Shown here piece by piece: positions 60,599 to 64,000 of a stretch of 64,000 bases of DNA (positions within the stretch are counted from its first letter, which is position 1; each line of letters begins with the position of its first letter). The position numbers and the translations under genes were made by a program. Source of the stretch: Fidelibacterota bacterium MT.SAG.3 (GTDB taxonomy: Bacteria; Fidelibacterota; SORT01); NCBI GenBank assembly GCA_004402895.1, contig SORT01000002.1, forward strand, positions 5,947-69,946. The letters run 5' to 3'. Under the pieces are notes generated by a model. It worked only from the letters and a program-made list of their open reading frames with translations, ran no database searches and was not told where the DNA came from.

Positions 60599-61810
60599 TT
60601 AATATCTATATGAGATAGAAAAGAGGAATCTTCCGTCAACCGCATCTTCTTTGATCAATTGCGTGAAAAGTTCACTACCTAACTGCCGCTCCCATTTTGT
60701 TCTAATATAAGTGAAATCCAATTTTATTTGTTTATCGAGCAGCATTCCCGCTCCTGCGGAAATTGCAAATCGGTCATCGCCAACATCATTCTTATATGCG
60801 CTTGGACTGTCGGACAATCCAAACCTGATCTTCGCATTTGAATACGGAAGAAGATATTCAAGTCCGACGCCATATCCGACGGTGGAATTTAAGTTCGCCG
60901 CGATAGCCCTGTTTATCTCTCCGTCTATGATAATATCGTTTAAATCGATTATATCAGAATCGAAATCTATCTGACTGTAATCAATAAAATGCAGGTCGGC
61001 GGCTATAAGAAAATCTCCGAAATTAGTAGAAATCCCGAGGTTAGATTTAAACGGCATATTTAATTTATATTCATTCGTTCCGACATCCTCAAGAGAGCCT
61101 ACTCCAATATCTTCCACCTTGTAGTAAGTTGGCATAGTAATGCTTAGACCAACATTTGCTTTATCTCCTCGATACAGCCCCCCAAAAATCATCGAAAATC
61201 CGGTGTATTCAGCCTTGATAATATAGGCTATATCATCTGAAGTTCCTGTCAGCCGGAAATCGTAGTCACGACTCCCCGTTAGCAAGTTCAGAGAAACTCC
61301 AAATGAAGTTCGAGGCGAGATTTCTATTCCCATCGCTCCCGTCCAGGCTTGTATCCCTCCATTCTCTAAAACACTTAGTGTCCCGCCTGAATTATCAATT
61401 GGAGCGATTAAATTGTTATCAAAACCGTGAAGCATGTTTCTCCCGAATGCCCATACCAAACTTCCCCTCTGCGTAGGAACTTTAAAAGTCACACCAATGC
61501 CGTCCAGACGGCTATAACTCTCATCAGAAATTGAAGCCGAATTACTGCCGTACGATATATCCGCCGAGTGTGACAGATGACCGAAAGATGTATAAAATGA
61601 ATTCTTATTCAATTGAGTAAGACCTGCGGGATTCCAAAAAGTAGCGCTGTAATCATTGCTGACCGCTGTATATGCCCCTCCTAATGCCAATGCTCTCGCA
61701 CCCATCCCCCTCAACCCCACGAATGGACGTAATGCGTCTGTAATATCTTGAGCATTCGGCTGCATCGGCAAACTGATTAATAACAGAATTATTGATGCTG
61801 CGTATCTCAA
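60599..61810 (-). CDS. FadL/OmpP1-family outer membrane transporter
   Basis: GARALALGGAYTAVSNDYSATFWNPAGL; ends SYRY. Confidence 0.8.
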   Translation of the reverse strand: MRYAASIILLLISLPMQPNAQDITDALRPFVGLRGMGARALALGGAYTAVSNDYSATFWNPAGLTQLNKNSFYTSFGHLSHSADISYGSNSASISDESYSRLDGIGVTFKVPTQRGSLVWAFGRNMLHGFDNNLIAPIDNSGGTLSVLENGGIQAWTGAMGIEISPRTSFGVSLNLLTGSRDYDFRLTGTSDDIAYIIKAEYTGFSMIFGGLYRGDKANVGLSITMPTYYKVEDIGVGSLEDVGTNEYKLNMPFKSNLGISTNFGDFLIAADLHFIDYSQIDFDSDIIDLNDIIIDGEINRAIAANLNSTVGYGVGLEYLLPYSNAKIRFGLSDSPSAYKNDVGDDRFAISAGAGMLLDKQIKLDFTYIRTKWERQLGSELFTQLIKEDAVDGRFLFSISYRY

Positions 61811-61865
61811 ATGTTCCTCTCTAAATTAAATTGGGAAGTCTGTTGTATTCACAGCAGGAAATTTA

Positions 61866-62762
61866 TTAATTATCGCTCTTTTTACTTTTGCTTTTACTCT
61901 TACTGCCTGTACTCTTCCAAGGTGTGTTTGTTTTGGGTCTGGATCTGACTACCTCTTTTCTTGGACTTCTTGTAGAGCTTACAGAGCTTCTCCTGGGAGT
62001 CGATTTCGACACTTCTTTCCTCGGCTTATTGACAGTCCGTGGTTTCGTCGATTTACTCGAGCTTCGTTTTTTGTGATCGGAATCGGTCGCACTCGGCTTA
62101 GATACTTTTTGAATATTTACGCTCGAGCTTCCCGGTTTGCCACCGCGGTAAGGGGGTATGACCGCAATATTCGGAATGTAATATGGTACGGGATTGGGAT
62201 TAGTGGGAGAAACACCGCCACTTGTCTGAGTTAAACTGTTGTATCTTCTCCTCTGATCCGAAGACCCTGAACTGCCATCTGTAACGTATACGATAGTTCG
62301 CGGGTAATATGAATATGGCCTGTAAATCGAGCCATAATTATTATAGTGAGGCGAATAATAATCGCTCCAATAGCTGTAATCATCCCAGTAGTAGTCATAG
62401 TATGGATCGTAGGCATAATAATCGTACCAGGAATCCCATCTTGGACCTGAGGAGTATCCGAAATAAATACTAAAATTCCTATGATGCAGATTCTGATATG
62501 GGCGGTACATACCTCTCCAATACCACGCATGGTCATACCTGGTCATCATATAACGGTTCATATAATATGGATCGTAATAATAGTTTCCGGTCAAACTATT
62601 ATCAGCAGCTTCATAAACAACTTCCGTTTCTGCCTCAGTAATCTCTGTCGATTCACTTTCGCGGAAACCGTCATAATATGTGCTTTGGTTTGGATTCCTG
62701 GTTGTTGTGTAACATCCGAGAAATAGAATAAAAAACATAAAGACTAATGGAGATTTTCTCAT
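61866..62762 (-). CDS. Tyr-rich low-complexity lipoprotein of unknown function
   Basis: Lipobox FLGC; YYDPYY-rich middle; Ser/Lys/Arg-rich tail; directly upstream of the FadL-like gene. Confidence 0.7.
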   Translation of the reverse strand: MRKSPLVFMFFILFLGCYTTTRNPNQSTYYDGFRESESTEITEAETEVVYEAADNSLTGNYYYDPYYMNRYMMTRYDHAWYWRGMYRPYQNLHHRNFSIYFGYSSGPRWDSWYDYYAYDPYYDYYWDDYSYWSDYYSPHYNNYGSIYRPYSYYPRTIVYVTDGSSGSSDQRRRYNSLTQTSGGVSPTNPNPVPYYIPNIAVIPPYRGGKPGSSSVNIQKVSKPSATDSDHKKRSSSKSTKPRTVNKPRKEVSKSTPRRSSVSSTRSPRKEVVRSRPKTNTPWKSTGSKSKSKSKKSDN

Positions 62763-62864
62763 GCTCTGCCTCTCTCTAAAAATATTGACAACAATATAGC
62801 ATCTACCCTGTTAAATTACCATAAGAATCAAAAGTTCCAACTCTTAGGAAAATATATTGTCCTG

Positions 62865-64000
62865 TTACAGCAGAACTTCTAACGCTTCTTCAATTTTCCT
62901 CATGCCGGCGAGTAAAAATAAATCTGAGTCAGCTTCCGAAAGTAGTGATTTTACTCTTTTAAGCTCTATCTTGGCTTTCTTATAATCTCCTTCGTCAAAA
63001 TATATTTGAACAAGCAGTGACCTAAGAAAATAATTATTCGGATTTACAGAAAGTACATTTTCCGCTATCTCTTTTGATTTTTCATACTCCTCGTCAAGCC
63101 TATACGCTTCTGCCAATCTCCAGTTAAGCCATGAAGAATGTTTAGCCATGTCAGATGTAAAACATCTTGAAGTAAAAATTTTAACGGCTTCCGAATATCT
63201 CTCCTGGCTCATCTTAATGTCCGCGTCCAACAGCGCATTAATAGGGTCTAATCTCTTAAAGACACTGCTATTCTCTTCGGTAAGTGAGGTGATAATATCT
63301 CTCATTCCCTCCGATTCATCAATAGCGGATTGGATATCTTTATGCGCCAAGTGATAAATGCCCTTGATCAGATGTTTAAAAGGTTTTGTTCTCTCACTCG
63401 AATCAAGTATGTCAAGACCTTCCGTATCGGAATCGAATTCATCCCATCTTTTGGTCAAGATAAGAGCCATATACCTGTTCACTACAGCGTCTAATAAAAC
63501 GTTTTCACCCGGTTGCAATTTAGTTGCAATTGCATAATATTTCACCGCTTCGCTGATCTGACCTCTCCCAAGATATGCGGCTCCGATATTTTTATGAATT
63601 GCCGCACCAAGGAAATTCTTACTTTCGACCAATTCAGGTCTGATTTCGAGTCCTCTTTTTAAATTCTCCAAAGCCTCTTCATACCGCCCGACTCTAATGA
63701 GAATTTCCCCGATACTGTCATATGGGTTTACCTTTCCCGGAGCTTTTTCAGCATATTTTTTCAAGTTATCAATCGCTTCATCATAGCGATTAAGTTCGGC
63801 ATACATATACCCGAGTATGTTATATACAGGCGCGAAGTCTTCATCTATGTCAACAACATTATTATAAAATTCGATTGCCGCTTCTATGTCGTTCTCCCGA
63901 ACGGCTAAGCTTGCCTTGTAAAGGTGCGCTTCAAAAGATTTAGGATATTTTTGATACAACACTTCTATCAGGCTATCTGAAAGATCCTGATTGTTTTGTT
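62865..64000 (-). CDS. Tetratricopeptide repeat protein (5' end outside window)
   Basis: YNILGYMY, YDSIGEIL, HKNIGAAY TPR helices; frame stays open to the window end. Confidence 0.85.
   Translation of the reverse strand, partial: QNNQDLSDSLIEVLYQKYPKSFEAHLYKASLAVRENDIEAAIEFYNNVVDIDEDFAPVYNILGYMYAELNRYDEAIDNLKKYAEKAPGKVNPYDSIGEILIRVGRYEEALENLKRGLEIRPELVESKNFLGAAIHKNIGAAYLGRGQISEAVKYYAIATKLQPGENVLLDAVVNRYMALILTKRWDEFDSDTEGLDILDSSERTKPFKHLIKGIYHLAHKDIQSAIDESEGMRDIITSLTEENSSVFKRLDPINALLDADIKMSQERYSEAVKIFTSRCFTSDMAKHSSWLNWRLAEAYRLDEEYEKSKEIAENVLSVNPNNYFLRSLLVQIYFDEGDYKKAKIELKRVKSLLSEADSDLFLLAGMRKIEEALEVLL

Overview
Bacterial window; gene content (AmmeMemoRadiSam pair, FadL/BamA-type OMPs, TIGR01342-type aconitases) suggests an FCB-group lineage such as Marinimicrobia, which is inference only. 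It has four parts. (1) 1-3 kb: the start of an S8-type peptidase gene and an aconitase. (2) ~3.3-26.9 kb: an accessory mosaic island whose intergenic DNA holds several families of recombination-site-like repeats: tRNA-Leu and tRNA-Ser/Sec fragments with arm repeats, res-like sites, a core-plus-direct-repeat site beside a 202-aa tyrosine recombinase, and 11-bp phased arrays. Cargo includes a three-gene unit (membrane-anchored protein with 40 tandem 9-aa repeats, terminator, HExxH peptidase/beta-propeller/barrel protein, PrsW protease), which is the best candidate for an undescribed system. Other cargo: RsbW/V/U module, DUF4242-cyclase, erythromycin esterase, M28 peptidase, HNH nucleases, duplicated DUF4440 lipoproteins. 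(3) 27-39 kb: core genes (fumC, PfpI-family protein, second aconitase, der, lepA) and two tandem IDH-family genes with complementary active-site loss. (4) 39-51 kb: an eroded nucleotide-sugar region containing a segment bounded by a 99-bp direct repeat, then 51-64 kb envelope/housekeeping genes. No intact tRNA, rRNA or CRISPR array was seen. Family assignments come from motif recognition, not database searches.
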